From positions 149,482,001-149,546,000 of the forward strand of contig OX597816.1 of assembly GCA_951406725.2 (NCBI GenBank): a DNA stretch of 64,000 bases, read 5' to 3'. The notes under the pieces are model-generated. The model had not been told where the DNA came from. It saw nothing but the letters and a program-made list of their open reading frames with translations, and searched no databases. The position numbers and the translations under genes are program-made. Source of the stretch: Octopus vulgaris (lineage: Eukaryota). Shown piece by piece: positions 12,801 to 27,009 of the stretch; position 1 is the stretch's first letter; every line of letters begins with the position of its first letter.

Positions 12801-13576
12801 TTATTAAGATTAGTACAATCTTTATTCTTAATATTATATTATATATATTGTAGGTTTTGAGAATAAGTGTAGTAACTTAGCGCCTTTATTTTTTAATTTT
12901 TTTACTTTTCAATGTTTTTTTACTTTTGTATTTATTTCATATTTTGTATCTCTTGAGATATTAATCATAGTAGCTGTTAATTTATGTGTTTCTTTAAGTA
13001 TTTATATATTTATCTAAGGTTTATTTTATACTTGATGAGTCTAGAGGAAGGGAGAGCATTCATGACGTTTGTAGGCTCTCTGAGACCAGTTGAGTCTGAT
13101 GCTGTTAATGCTCTGTTTAAACTGTTGAAAGTCAAAACTTGCAAGAAAAAGCATGAGCAGTGATATTTTAGAGAACCAATATTCTATGGGAGAAGGACTT
13201 AGGGGTTAGTGTGGAACATAGAGGGATTGGACACTGCAAGGGTGATGAGAGGTGAAGAGAGGAGGAAGACGCTGGAGCTTATCTGTGAGTGATTTAATAC
13301 CAATCAGCTAAATGCTCTTCTGTTGATGTCATCTAAGATATCTGTGTGCATGACTCCCAGGTGTGAGAACAATGCTTCATTGTGAGTGCCATAAGTTTTG
13401 TAGAATGTCAGCAATTGTTGGGGCTGAAATATTTTCTGGCCTTGAAGAGAAACACCAGTCTTTGAGATGCATATGATTCTATAGATTCTACATATTTGTG
13501 TGACTACATATGTGTATGAATATGTATGTGTCTGTGTGTGTATGTGCATACACACATGCACACAAACACACACACT

Positions 13577-14370
13577 TGTTCTGCTGGGCAAGAGTGGAGC
13601 CACCAGTTTTCCCCCTGCATCTGAGGAGAGGGCCTCTAGAGTACATGTTCAGTAGCTGTCTAAAAACTTTCACTGCAAGGCTGCTGCTGGAGGCCTGACC
13701 GGGTCCTGTGGGACATAACAGACACCAGCTGCAGTAGAATTAGTCTTTGTAGGTGCCTCTACTTAACACAACAGACTATTTCATTTACAAAGGCTAGTGT
13801 GAGGATGATGCCAGCTACCAGGTCGATTTCCCAGGGTCTATAGCAATGTCACAAGACCAGCTAACTGAAAGTCAGATTAAGGAAGCAAACAAACTTCCCA
13901 GAAACTGTTGGCTTCAACATCACGGGTGGCTCAGTTAGCACTTCTCATTCCTTGAGAGGACTATATTTAGGGTGTGATGAATGAAAGAGAATGAAATATA
14001 TTGAGCTGGTGGAGTTATGTTGAAACAATGGATGGCAAACAGTGTGATCCCACTGAGGTGGGATTTAGAGGGTTTGCTAGCCAGTTCTTCTGTAGAGCCT
14101 ACAATGTGCTAAGCATCACAGGGGCCAGTTGGCGAAAGGCCATCAAGTTGACTGTGGAAACAGCAAAGGTTGCTTCATAATGGCTGTGTAGATGAGAGGA
14201 GTTGTGAGCCCTGAAAAATATATTGCTAACTGGATACAAGTTGAGGCTTAATCAACCCTAGCTGAGTCACCTGGCTGCAGGTGTCTAACTGTTGAAAGAT
14301 TGAAAACATCCATTCATCCCAAGGAACATCACTGACAATGTGTCCAGATACATTAAAGGATTATTTATAG
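13577..14370 (+). mobile_element. HERO-clade (R2 superfamily) non-LTR retrotransposon 3' part, decayed
   Basis: Zn-knuckle remnant LEYMFSSC, REL C-terminus PTEVGFRGFASQ...KAIKLTVETAKVAS*WL, then 3' UTR. Confidence 0.75.
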
Positions 14371-15369
14371 CAAATATATATATATTAGTATATTTTACAT
14401 CCATATTTTTCCATCTTGCATTGTTATATGCAGAATGTTATTTGAGGCATTGTTTTACAGCCAAATACCCTTCCTAATGCTAACCTTTGCTAATTTTTTA
14501 AAGTAAGGGATCTCTTACACCACATGTCTTTGAGGCATGAAATGACTGATTTCTTGACAGGCACACTGACAATATCATCTGCTGCAATTTTCATGCATTC
14601 GATCATAGATGTAAATACATACACACACAAACATCAATCTTCTTTACAGTTGCTATCTATTGGATCCACTAATAAGGTTTTGGTTGGCCCAGTGCTATAG
14701 TAGAAGACTGTTGCCCAAGGCACTGTGCAGTGGGACTGAACTCAAACCAAGTGTTTGAAAAGCAAACATCTTAATCACACTGCCATATATACTTGTGTAA
14801 TTATTTGATTTCCTTTATTCTAGCTACACTGCAGTTTCCTTTAGACTATCTGATATAATTGATTTTATTAATAAAAACTTCATATCTTTCTAAATTTCTC
14901 TTTAGTCAATAAAGTAGACACTGGTTTACTTTCAAAATGATTTTGGCTGTCATATTGTCTCTATTATCTCCCTTCCTCCATTTCTTCTTACCTGAGATTA
15001 AAATTTAACAATGAATCACCTGATTATAAAACGAAATTTTACATTTGACCCCAAACTACATATTGCTTTATATAAGTCTCTTCCATCTCTTGATTTCATA
15101 AGTCAGCATAGCCTTTTTTTCACTAATTGTCCTTTACTCTTCCTTTCCCCATTTATTTTTTATTTTTCATTTTTCTTTGCTTCTTACAAATTTTGGTTCT
15201 AATAAATGATATACAGGAGGTTTATAAATTTAGCAACTGTAGTTTCTTCTGAAGGGGTGAAATAATTGAAACAGACAGTTTTTAATAAAAGTTTGAATAA
15301 ATTTAACAGATTCTGTTATTAATATTGAGTTCTATTTTTAATTGTGGATTGTACAATCAGGTTTATATA

Positions 15370-16637
15370 CATAGTGTTCAGGCTAAATTTGACAGTTTGC
15401 ATAAAAGGGAAAGAAAGCAATATCCCATCCAAAAACAAAAGTATTTTTTAAAATATAAAAGATATCAACTAAATTATGGTTAGGAGATAACAATCTACTA
15501 AAATCAGCTACCTTCAGCATCCACCATGACCTCAAGACAGATGAGGAACCTGCACATGCCTTCCTCCCTGTGTCCCTGAGAAAATCTTCAACACCGCCTT
15601 GATCTTGGTCACCAGCTCAGCCTTGATGTTCCAGGCAGAGTGATTAGTGCTTTTCTCAACCAGGCATCACACATTAGTAATCTATGGGATTTCAATTAAG
15701 GGAATTAGGAGACCAGAAACTGGGGCTGTTGGAGTTGTCGAAATTCTCTGTCAACTATTTCTGACTCTTTCTGGAAGTATGACAAGGAGTTGAATCCTGC
15801 TGCCTTGCATATGGCCTTTCTGTAGCAACCTTCTCTGGCAGCAACTCTCTCCAACCAGGGTTTGACCACAGTTGCCAGCAGCTTCACATAGCTGTCTAGA
15901 TTGGAACCTAAGGCTCTGTTCAAAGATGTCACCCTCACTGGAGACACACCCAAAGACCATCACAATTTGTAAGAACTTGGTCATAGTGGTATGTAGGACA
16001 TAACATGAATTGTAGGCAAGCCACCTGTTGTTTTGGGTGTTGTACAGCTGATAAAAGTTTTTGTCATCTGAGAACATCAGATCATCTCTGGCTTAGCAGG
16101 ATGCTTCATCTTGTTTAGGAGCTTCTTTGTCTTTGTCAAGTAGTTCTCCTTGACCTTGGCTGTCAGAATTTGCTCCTTGCACTTCTTGTATGAGTTGAAG
16201 CAAAGCTCATTCAGAGCCAGCTTCATGGTGGTGACTCCAACACTCATCTCTCTTCCAAAGCCCAGATTCCCTTGCTCAGATCTTTCATCCCATTGTCATG
16301 TAGTAATTGGATAAACTTCAAAATGTGAACGCAATCACAATGCGTGTTGTGTCCTTTCCCGCTGGTCATGGCTTTGTAGTCTCTGTTGTAGAGTTCACAG
16401 AGCAATGAACACTAGTCATGATGTTGGCATTTTGAAATCTAGAACAAATCATTATGATACAGGTAACTTTTTTCCAATATTCAGATGGCTTCCTGTCCTC
16501 CATGTCAGCAAACGTTTTCTCAACTACAACTTTCAGCTTTATTCTTTCCAATGTTGCTGACTGTTTACCAATACATCAAGCTATTCCTGAAAAGAGGAGA
16601 CATAAAAAAAATCGTCAAACTTAGCCTGAACACTTAG
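15370..16637 (-). mobile_element. Tc1/mariner, DD37D (maT) family, both TIRs present, pseudogenised transposase
   Basis: 24-bp TIRs (21/24 match), TA on both flanks; FSDDK..QNNRWLA..VMVFGCVSSEG; QQD then 37 codons then D (QQDSTPCH...NPIDY). Confidence 0.92.
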
Positions 16638-17329
16638 TATATAATGTAATTTAATACACCTGGCCAGGGGAAAAATAATATCTTCCTTGAAAACAGGTGA
16701 GAGATGTCAACTCTCTTTATTTGTATTATGACCAGTTACTTTGTTTTCAAAGATGTTAAGTGGCAATAAGAAGAGCATCTAACTTTAAAATCCTGCCTCA
16801 AATTAAATATCATCAAAATATGGTAACATAAATGAAGGAAGTTAAATGAACAGAGAAGTAAATGTATGTATACAGTCACACAAAACATAAAGTCAAGAGC
16901 AGGAGAGGTGGCTTCCATATGATTACAGCTGCTTCATAACTTTCTTAATGTAATATTTTACACACACCGATATGTTCATTTAACATTGGTTTTTCTATGC
17001 TTGCTGGGTTGGACAAATATTATTTGGAGCAATATCTTACAGCCAGATGCCCTTCCTGGTGCTAACCCTTTTCAGATGGAGATACCTTATTCTACACAGC
17101 TTCAAATGCATGAAGTGCCAGGATGATTTGTCGTGGAAACTGACATCATCATCAATTGTTGTCTTTTGTGCAAATACTATTTTTTAGTATTTTGTAAGAG
17201 TTAGGTAGGGTATTTTGTATGCATATTTAATTCTTTGACTCTTCTTGCGTCATGGGCTCTATTGTAGTATGGTACCACTTCCTTACTAAATGAAAAAGTA
17301 AACAGTCTCCCACTCATTATTTACTGAGT

Positions 17330-17680
17330 TTTTGAATACTCTTGTTAAGTAGTAAGAACTGTTGTCTATGGAGGATAGTTTCTTATTGAGTTTTCAAAAT
17401 GGTTTATGATGGTTGGAGGCTTAATTTAGTGTAATATCTAAGAAATCTACACCAGTGAAGTTGGTTGTGATAGTTATTTTATGTCCAAAGATGTAAAATG
17501 CCTGTATTAGATGTTTCCTATTCATGTCCTTAGATATAATTGGCCTCTCATCATCTCTTTATAATTTGAAGTCTATAGATGAGAATTTTTTGGTGGGTAT
17601 ATCTAAAATGTAACTGCAAGATCACTTACTACCCAGGCTAATGTCAAAGACGCCTTTTGTCTTCCATCCACATCATATAT
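17330..17680 (-). mobile_element. Penelope-like RT remnant
   Basis: Minus strand: FDISLGS...RDD...KITITTNFTGVDFLDITLN...HKPF. Confidence 0.75.
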
Positions 17681-18239
17681 TAATACTATTGATGCTACAT
17701 TTTCTACACACATTAACTGTCATCTTTAATACCTGACCATTCCTAAGCTTACTTGCACCTTTATTTCTTTTGAAAGTTAACATTACACACCCAGCACATC
17801 ACACTCAATTCTGTAATACTCCCTTAATCAATAGCCATGACTCACTACCATACAACGTTACATATCATGCATGTTTCATGCATTATACTTTTTGTACATA
17901 GAGCTAAATCTGTTGTTACTAAACTGTACTTATTTTATTAACCAGTGTGCTGTGGAAATTAAGTACTTTAAGCCGTCCCAAGCCTTCCTATACTGGTGAG
18001 GATATGACTTCAATTTATAGAGTTGCTGGTGAGATGTTGGGATGGAAAACATGGATGAGAAAAGATGTGTTCTTAAGGGATGATGCAGAATTGTTTAGAG
18101 GGAAAGGGTCTAGAGGAAGATAGAGGTGAGACAGTTGGGAGTGACAGAAGCTAGTGGAAGAAGGGAGAAAGATGCATTGATTATGCTTAGGTGAAATTTG
18201 GGGAGTTGGGTGATAGGGCGATGCATATAGTTTTAAAAG

Positions 18240-19601
18240 TGCATCACTGCATCATTTTGCCTATATTTTGTGCAATCATGTGTGTATGTTGTTATGACTG
18301 TGTGTGTATGCATGTACATGCTTGTATGCATGCATTAAACTGTGTTTTGTCTTTCGTATTGATTAGGTTTTTCAATAAAAGCAGCACCAAGGTGTTCTCT
18401 TGTATACTTCTGAATCTGGTGGTGGGGTTGATTTTGTTGTTGGTGGTGATGATTATGAAGTAAAGAGAATGTTTAAAGCAGCTGGTTTTTGTTTTGGTAG
18501 TAGTATACAGATTATTTGTAGCAATACTGCTGCAGTGTTTGTGTGTCTGTGTGTGTGTTAGTAATACAGATGCCATAGTAGTACACATGTGGTAGTATTA
18601 CTTGATAGTGTGTGTGTATACAAGTATAGTAGTATTGCTAAATATAGTGTGTATATGTGTGTGTGTATGTAACAACACACTAGTGTAGTACTACTGCTAA
18701 ATGTGTGTATGTGTGTGTGTGTGTGTGTGTGGCTATTTAAAACATTGTTTTTTTATGTTTTAGTGTAATATTACTAGTTGACGTGCTGCATAGTTGAATT
18801 GTTTAGTGCTGTGTGTATTTGTGTTAGTACTTTCTGATGCTGCATGTGGAGGTAATATTGTTATATACATTATTACTGTACATGTGTTTAGTAGTAGTAG
18901 TACTTACTATATAAGGTGTGTGATGGTGACACTAACATACTGTGTGTAGACGTACTGCTTGTGGAGGTTTGTGCGTTTGTGTATAGTTGTACAGGTTGTT
19001 GAAGTAAGTGTGGTATTACTGATTGTAGCAATGTGTGTAGTAGCAGTACTGCTTATGGTAGTGTATATGGTAGTACTACTTGTGTGTGTGTTGCCTGTAA
19101 TAGTATGTGTGTAGCAGTACTGCTTGTGGTAATAAGTGTATTAGTATTACTTGTAGCACTGTATGTGGTAGTACTGTTTGTAGCAGTATATGTGTGTTAG
19201 TATTGCTTGAGGCAGTAAAAGTGCTAGTGCTGCTTGGGGAAGTGTGTGTCAGTATTTATTGTAGCAGTTTATGTTGTAGTACAGCTTATATTAATGTATG
19301 CACGTTATTGTGTATGTAATTGTACAGCTTCTGATAGAGTTTGTGTTTGCTAGTCCTTCTAGTGACAGAATTATGTGTTAGTATTACTTGTTGATATCTG
19401 TAACAGTGTGTTTGATAATACAGTTTATGATTCTATGTATAGTTATACAAGTTGTGGTAGTGTATGTGCTAGTAAAAGTATGTGTGTACTAAGTAGTACT
19501 GTCTGTATTCTACTGTTGCTTGTGACTATTATAATACTTTTAGTAGTGGTACATGCGATAATAATGCTAGAAGCAGTGTCTGTGGTAATTCTACTTGCAG
19601 T

Positions 19602-19638
<37 letters not shown>

Positions 19639-19860
19639 TAAATTACAGTTTGTAGCAGTGTCGCAGTCATCATGTGGTTGTACAGCTGATAGCTGTGTAT
19701 GTGTGACAGTATTATTTATTGCAGCATATATGATACTGTTGTTTGTTGGAATGTGTGTGTGTGTGTGTGAGTGTGTACACGTGTATGCTTCATTGCTGCA
19801 ATGTATGTAGAAGTACTTGTGGATTATGTATTTGCACAACTTATGTAGTCCTAAGTATTG
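18240..19860. repeat. Long TG/AGT-rich low-complexity cryptic minisatellite
   Basis: Recurrent gtagtactgcttg and (tg)n units with strong G/T strand skew. Confidence 0.8.
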
Positions 19861-19980
19861 TCACTCCCACTTCAACTTATAATTTGCAAATGGTGCTGTG
19901 GGTATGCTATCAGTGGTCTTGAGTTCAGATGTACTGTTGGTGCATTGTTGTGTGTTTGGGCAGCACACCTTAACCTTTAC

Positions 19981-20022
19981 CTATCAGTCTATTTACAGTT
20001 ATTTGGGAAATGCACCAAATAT
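19981..20022 (-). CDS. Candidate 42-nt exon (IWCISQITVNRLI)
   Basis: Strong acceptor cttccttctcttctcag| and donor ag|gtaaag, phase 1-1 open. Confidence 0.3.
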
Positions 20023-20593
20023 CTGAGAAGAGAAGGAAGCTTAGTTCAATGGAAAGATTCATTCTCTTAATGCTATGAAGCCAGAACTAAGAATCACTGA
20101 TCCTTAAACACCATTTAGGCTTAGATATTTTTTTGCAACCATCTGTTTGAAACAGATTAATGCATCAGAAAATTTATCTTAAATTTATATTGCCCTTAAC
20201 CATTTGTCTTAAATCCTTGAATTTCAAAGTGATGTTCTAGACACTTTATTTGCATGTTCAAGACACTGTTTGCTCAGAACTATTTGATTTGCAATCCCCA
20301 TATCAAGGAAGCAGGCTGAGACTATACACAACCACAACTATCTTAACAGCGAACCATTCAACAAAATTCAGTCAACCTGCTCAATGTTAATTCTCTTTCG
20401 ATGGCAAAAATATTCTTTCACAAACTACCAAGTGCCTATCAGACCCCTCAAAAAAAAAAAAAAAAAGGGATGCCAAATGCTAAAAATGCTGATTTAATCA
20501 AACTCAATGATCAGTTATTTACCATTGTGTATAGGAGTATTTCTACTTAATGATTCAGATAGCTTCAAATGTCTAGTTGTTAAATGAGAAATA

Positions 20594-20978
20594 TGGAAGC
20601 ACTCCGTTGGTTACGACGACGAGGGTTCCGGTTGATCCGAATCAACGGAACAGCCTGCTCGTGAAATTAACGTGTAAGTGGCCGAGCACTCCACAGACAC
20701 GCGTACCCTTAACGTAGTTCTCGGGGATATTCAGCGTGACACAGAGAGTGACAAGGCCGGCTCTTTGAAATACAGGTACAACAGAAGCAGGAAGTAAGAG
20801 TGAGAGAAAGTTGTGGTGAAAGAGTACAGCAGGGATCACCACCATCCCCTGCTGGAGCCTCGTGGAGCTTTAGGTGTTTTCGCTCAATAAACACTCACAA
20901 CGCCCGGTCTGGGAATCGAAACCGCGATCCTATGACTGCGAGTCCGCTGCCCTAACCACTGGGCCATTGCGCCTCCAC
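20594..20978 (-). mobile_element. Young full-length tRNA-derived SINE (OR1-like) with 12-bp TSD
   Basis: A box TGGCCCAGTGG, B box GTTTCGATTCC; TSD aaatgagaaata at 20582-20593 and 20979-20990; CpGs retained. Confidence 0.9.
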
Positions 20979-22827
20979 AAATGAGAAATAAATGAGAGAC
21001 AAATTCACTAATCTTGCTGAGATTGGACATGAGAAATTTTTAGTGTGAAATAAGAAGTAATAAAACAATTTAATGTTAACTAATGATTCAATTGAATAGT
21101 TCATTTACAAATAATAAACAATCAATTGTAATATTTAAAATTTTTTTACACATCTCTTGATGTTTCTATGCTCATGTTTTGAGTTCAACACTCAATGTTG
21201 CTTTGCTGCTCGTATTTAATTTACTTGAAGTAGCAGTTTCTTTATCCTTATAAATGTGCTAAGAGCTCCTTGTTTCCACTAGAGTGTTTCCCTTTTCCTT
21301 ATAAATTTCATGATAGCTCATGTGAAATATAATTAGATCTGCAATAACCTTTCTACTTCATTTGAAATTTGAATTTTTGAGTTCCAAAAATCTCATTTGC
21401 TGTCAGTGAAAGATGTAAGAGTTTCCATTGTGATATCTTCAGATTTTTCGTTGTGTTGAATCAATTCATAATGAATTAATTCAAAAGTTTTAAGACAAAT
21501 GAGTAGCAGTGAGAATGTAAAAACGATATGCACACAAAATGTCAACATTCAAGTTAACTGAATGATTGAATGAACAAGACATTCACAAGCACATTGTCAA
21601 GATATATCTTGATAATTTAACTTTTAAAGCAATCCTTATAAATGTTTAGCATTTTTGTGTAATTAACTATTTTAGTTTTCATTTTTAATTTATTTTTTAA
21701 ATATCTTTAAAGCAGTGTGTTGTTAAGTAGGAGATCATTAAATATGATATTACTGTTTATTTCTACTCCAGCAGAGATGATTGACATTCTCCAGTAATAA
21801 TGATAACAGCTAGAATTTGAACTAGGTCACCAATTTGTAAAAGAAAAATATAGTTCTTTTAAAGTGTTCCCAATATAATTACTAGTACTTTATTGATTTT
21901 GTGTGGAAGAAAGGCAAAGTTGAGGGACAACTAAATACTATAAGATATTTAGTCCAGTGTTTTGCTATTTTACCAATATACTACTCACCATCAGCATGAA
22001 TAACAATCACAAATCAAGAAAGGAACCTTTATGTGATCATTCAGCCTGGTAGAAATAGCAACAAGATTTCCCTCAGATCACCCTTCTCATCTTCAAAAAG
22101 CTGCTATGGCTAATGTCAACCAAAGCACTCTATATTTGAAAAGAAGAAAAAGGAAACAAAGAGAAAAGATGGAATTGGGCATGTCTGATGTTTCTGTCAC
22201 GAGTCTGCTCAATTAAAGCTAACGGGTTGGGGGAGGGGACTCATCACCAATAATTTTAACTTTGATAAATTCCCATTTTGTGCCGATTAAAAGTTCAAGA
22301 CCATTATTATTACTTTGATTCGCAGTGTTAGAAAATAAGAGTCAGAAACGTTCTGTAGAATTTTGTTTTGCCCTACTACATTTTAAGTGCCATAAATGCA
22401 CTGGGTTTAACTCAGTTGATTATATCTCTCCTCTTATAAACTTGTGGCCATAAGCCAGTATGAGACATTATTAGCATGATAAATATTTGTGAATGCTTTT
22501 TTCTTTTTGTTTTCTTTAAGCCCTTAAAATCAACAACTCTGGCACACTTTTCAACAGATATCTATTTTTCGTTTAGGTTTATGACTAATTACATGTCAAG
22601 TCTATGACTTATTTTTAAAAACACCCACTTCCAAGTATTATCCAATATTGCTTACGACAGCAGCTACACAATACACTGCTTTGAAAGAATACAAGCTCTC
22701 GTAAAAGTCACGATCTTTGTTAATTTATATTAACCTCTAAAGTGGTTACAATAACTTATAAACTACTTATATTACTAATAGCAGTAAGTGACAGGCACTT
22801 CATTTTTCAGGATATGAAAATGTGGAT

Positions 22828-23070
<243 letters not shown>

Positions 23071-23299
23071 TAGTTGTGATGTGAGGCAATGGAACAGCAA
23101 ATTTAATAGAACATTGAAATAAAATCTTTGCAGCATTCAACTCCATCCCATTTCATTCTGAATTCAAATATATGCAAGTTGATGAAATTAGTACCTATAA
23201 TGTAATGCAGTTAATTTATTCCTTCATGTATGTGGCTGTGTACTGAAGTATAAGACATTATTACATCATTCCTTGTGGGGACTTGAGAGTCAAAGATGT

Positions 23300-23675
23300 C
23301 TTTTAGTATATCCCTGATGAAGTGATGACAAAGGACTTTTAGCTGCTGGGCCTCACTGAGGAAACAACAAGGGATCGGGAGTTGTGTTGATTTGCTGTAC
23401 TTGAGAAGACACTCCAAGCTAAGTAAAATCGCTGTCATCCATATATACAGGCTTGTCTTTTACAGGTGCTGATGCCATATAAAATGTATTCCTGCCAGTG
23501 CAGTGTAAAGCACCTAACATGCTCTGTAAAGTGGATAGTGTTAGGAAGGGCGTCCTACCATAGAAACCATGCTACAACAGACACTTGGAGTCTGGACAGT
23601 TTCCCAGCTGATGGGCTCCATGTCAAATCATCCAACCCATGCCAGTATGGAAAACAGACATTAAATGATGATGAT
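23300..23675 (+). mobile_element. RTE LINE 3' end and UTR with (GAT)n tail; further copies at about 28110-28250, 36640-36745, 51800-52410 (+) and 28300-28480, 32941-33600, 53826-54540 (-)
   Basis: Shared ttaggaagggcatccagc and ccaacccatgccagcatggaaaacggacgttaaatgatgatga; longer copies include the ORF end RGR.RK.WDEVVKHDL..LGLTEAMT. Confidence 0.85.
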
Positions 23676-23899
23676 CTCTGTTTTATAAGACAAAATCCTG
23701 AGCTGAAGGGTGGTTAATAAAATAAGGAGCAAATGAGTTGACCCAATTGATTATACTTCTTCCCTATATGCCATTGTGCCAAAGTTAGAAATTATTATTG
23801 CTGTTGTGATAAGAAGTCAAAAGGGTTACTTACAGTGACTTATCTAACTGCTTGACTGCACCAGGTTCAAATCTTACTAGGGTTTACTTCCAACTCTTT

Positions 23900-25197
23900 A
23901 GAGTTAAGAAACTAGGTCACGGGCAATTTGGTTGATTTAATGTTCATATTCCTCTCCTGCAGTAAATTGGCTTTAGATATGTTTGATGAAAGCAATGTTG
24001 TTGCCCTAGCCATCAGCAAAACCTTTGACCATGACTGTGTGGAAATCTATCAAAAATTCCCCTTTACAGGCTCTACCTACCTTTCATTTCTTGGATCAGT
24101 TGCTTCCTATCAGATTGCACCATCACAGTGTGTGTTAAAATAGTTCCACTCTGTTACCTCTGGTATGCCTGAGAGTTTGGTTTTGTCCCTCTTTCTTCTT
24201 TCTATGCATCAATGACCTACTTGCCACCACATCCAACAGCATCAACTCTTATACACTTGATATGACTTTTCATTCCTCCCTAGCCTTCTCCAACCACAAC
24301 ACTCATACATAACCTAGACATCACACACCAAACCTACACTGATTCTATGAACAGAGACCTGGGGAGTATCTTCTAGTGGGGCCATGCCAATCTTGTCTTT
24401 TAACAGTAAAAAACTCATGCACTACCCATATCACCATTGCATTCCCTCCCACAATGAAACATGATTGGCATTCAACCAGAACCCTAATGGCTGCTACAAA
24501 TGTTAGACCTCATTTTCACCAAAGATTCTTCAACAGGTCTGTATCCCAAAGATTGGCCCTTCTCTTCAGGGTCAGAAAATATTTAATCCACCAACAATTG
24601 CTGACAGGCTTACAAAATTCAAATGAAATTCACAATGGAATATTGCATTCGCATTTGGCACAGTGCTGCTACTATATACACATAGACATTATGGATCCAC
24701 TTGACTAACTGCTGTAAATTACTCCTAAATACACACCATCCTATAGCTTACAAGTCTCCCCTCTCTCTCTGCTTTTTCTATCTCTATTATAATGGTCTCT
24801 GTTCCTTGAAGCTGACTGGTTTCATATCTCCTCTGTGCAGACATTCCCAACCCACATAGTTTCTTCACCTTTCATTACCCATGTTGTGCCTCCCCCCTCC
24901 CTCACCCCATACCCTGCAATAACCACTGTATCCAGTCTTTCCTCCCCAGAACGCGTACCCTCTAGAATCTCCTCATGTTCATGTCATTCTTCCAGGTGTC
25001 GACTTGCAGTAGTTTAAATGAGACATTAAAGGCAGCAGCCTCATCAGCATTGAAGGGCTTGTAAAAGATCTCCCCAGAATGTGTACCCTCTGGAATCTCC
25101 TCATGTTCATGCCATTCTTCCAGGTGTCGACTTGCAGTAGTTTAAATGGGATATTAAAAGCAACAACTTCACCAGCTTTGAAGGGCTTGTAAAGGAT
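23900..25197 (+). mobile_element. Decayed CR1/L2/Jockey-group LINE (RT to 3' end) with a 128-bp terminal tandem duplication; second fragment at about 58590-59400
   Basis: VVALAISKTFD, INDLLATTSN, NRDLGSI.*WG, EYC..IW motifs. Confidence 0.7.
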
Positions 25198-25222
25198 ATG
25201 GGTACTGCTCTTCCCTCTAGAC

Positions 25223-25476
25223 CAGTGTTTCTCAAACTTTTTACCCTTGTATAACCCTTAAAATAAATTACATGTCTTAAGGAACCTCTGCACAAAAAAA
25301 TATATATATACTATATCTTTCTTGTATTTTTTTTTCATCATAGTTCATGTGGTAATTATATATATATGTGTATATATTGAAATTAGCATTAGCCTGTCTC
25401 ACTCTTTTTCGTGGAACCCCTAGGAACCATTTGCAGAACCATAGAGTTTCGGGGGAACCCTGGTTGAGAAACCCTG
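25223..25476. mobile_element. hAT-Charlie/Buster MITE
   Basis: TIRs cagtgtttctcaa / ttgagaaaccctg; perfect 8-bp TSD ctctagac, the NTCTAGAN target typical of Charlie. Confidence 0.93.
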
Positions 25477-26584
25477 CTCTAGACCTAGCAAATAAAAACA
25501 AAAACAAATTGTCATTACGCCATTTTTTTCAGACATGGTATATTTAAGACAACATTATCCTATTTTTGAGAATTATATGTTGTGATTCGAGGAAAATGTG
25601 GCTGTTATTTCTGGCATGCAGAGCAACTGCATACAAGTTTCTTCATAGGTTTATCTAGTTGTATGTTAATGGTGGTGGCAGTGGTAATGATGCTATCCAA
25701 TGATTAATGGATGGGTTGGGTACTTTTGCAGTGCTGAGTTAAAATTCTCTTGTGGGCATGGAAAATATTATAGGAAGGAATGGATGGAAACCACCTTCAG
25801 CTGGTAGTCACTTGTTAATCATAATTTGGTCTATTGGGTCCCTCTTTGAGCTCAAATGTCCAACAAAGCTTGTCATCATCACGGACATTTTAATGGGCCA
25901 CTTTTCCATGCTTTTGGGATAGTCTTGTTTTATCTCTTATCTACTGATGACTCCCCCTCTCTCTTCTGATCATCGTTTTAGCTAAGCCTTGGTCTTAAAG
26001 GTGGAGTGGGAGGCTTAGGAGAAATATTTTGTTTGGAAATATATACATGTATATATTTTTGTAATAGTTACAATGGATTGCATGGGAAATTTGTGGCAAT
26101 AAGTTTACTTTTAAAATGATAACAGTCATATTAGCTGCTGATTATTAATAATAAGGTATAATAGTTGTAATATATTTGTCAGTGAGAACTGGTAATAAAC
26201 AGGATTGAGTGTTTTACAGTCTGAAGATAATATATGTCAATTATAGCTTGATTAATTAATTACAATTTTTGTTGTGACAAAATGTAATGTGTTTGTATTG
26301 AGTCAAAAGCATAATTTGTTATAGGATGAAGAGAGATAAGGGAGAACTAACAGAATTATGGTGGTATTTAGAAAAGGGTGTGAAGATAGTTAATTGTAGT
26401 GGGAAAGATAACATAACTCCTCCCAGCTCCCTGAGTTGATTATGACCTGCTGTGCTATAGAAGTAGGGAAAACAGTATGCCGGATATATTAGTTGTTGTT
26501 TAGTCCCAAGCTGCTCTGTGTCAAGCAGACCTATGATCAAAAAGAGCAGTCAAACTATGACCTAATTTATTTTCTTGTGAGTAG

Positions 26585-27009
26585 CAGGGCCAGATTAAGA
26601 CCCATCGAGGCCCTAAGCACTTAAAAGATTTTGGTGCCCCCATAAAAGATTATGTAATCCAAAATATAAACAATAACAAACTATAAAATAAATTTTTATT
26701 TTTCAAAATGAAACAAACCAGTAAGAAGGAAAATAATGTTTATTTTTGTATAGTTTTACTTTATTTATATTTGAAAAGTTTCCTCCTACTTTTTTGAATT
26801 GCAAATCTTTGATTGGATCCTCAAAATTAATCTTAGGTAACATATCTGCATCTATACTTAGTAGAGATAAAAGCATCCTGGATATTATTTTAGCAAGTTT
26901 AAAGTGATTTCTTTTGTGCTGTAAACCATTTACTATTTCTGTGGTCTCCCCTCCTTCCCTAGATGCTCAAAGCACGTGCTTATTTTGCTTAATGGTTAAT
27001 CCAGTGCTG
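26585..27009 (-). mobile_element. hAT (Tip100-like) internal-deletion derivative
   Basis: TIRs cagggccagattaa / ttaatccagtgctg; 8-bp TSD gtgagtag; internal C-terminus LSLLSIDADMLPKINFEDPIK..FAIQKSRRKL. Confidence 0.9.

Noticed and set aside
20900-20978. tRNA-like sequence (also 43770-43841 and 57135-57207)
   Set aside because: These are SINE heads, continuous with SINE bodies and lacking a proper acceptor stem.
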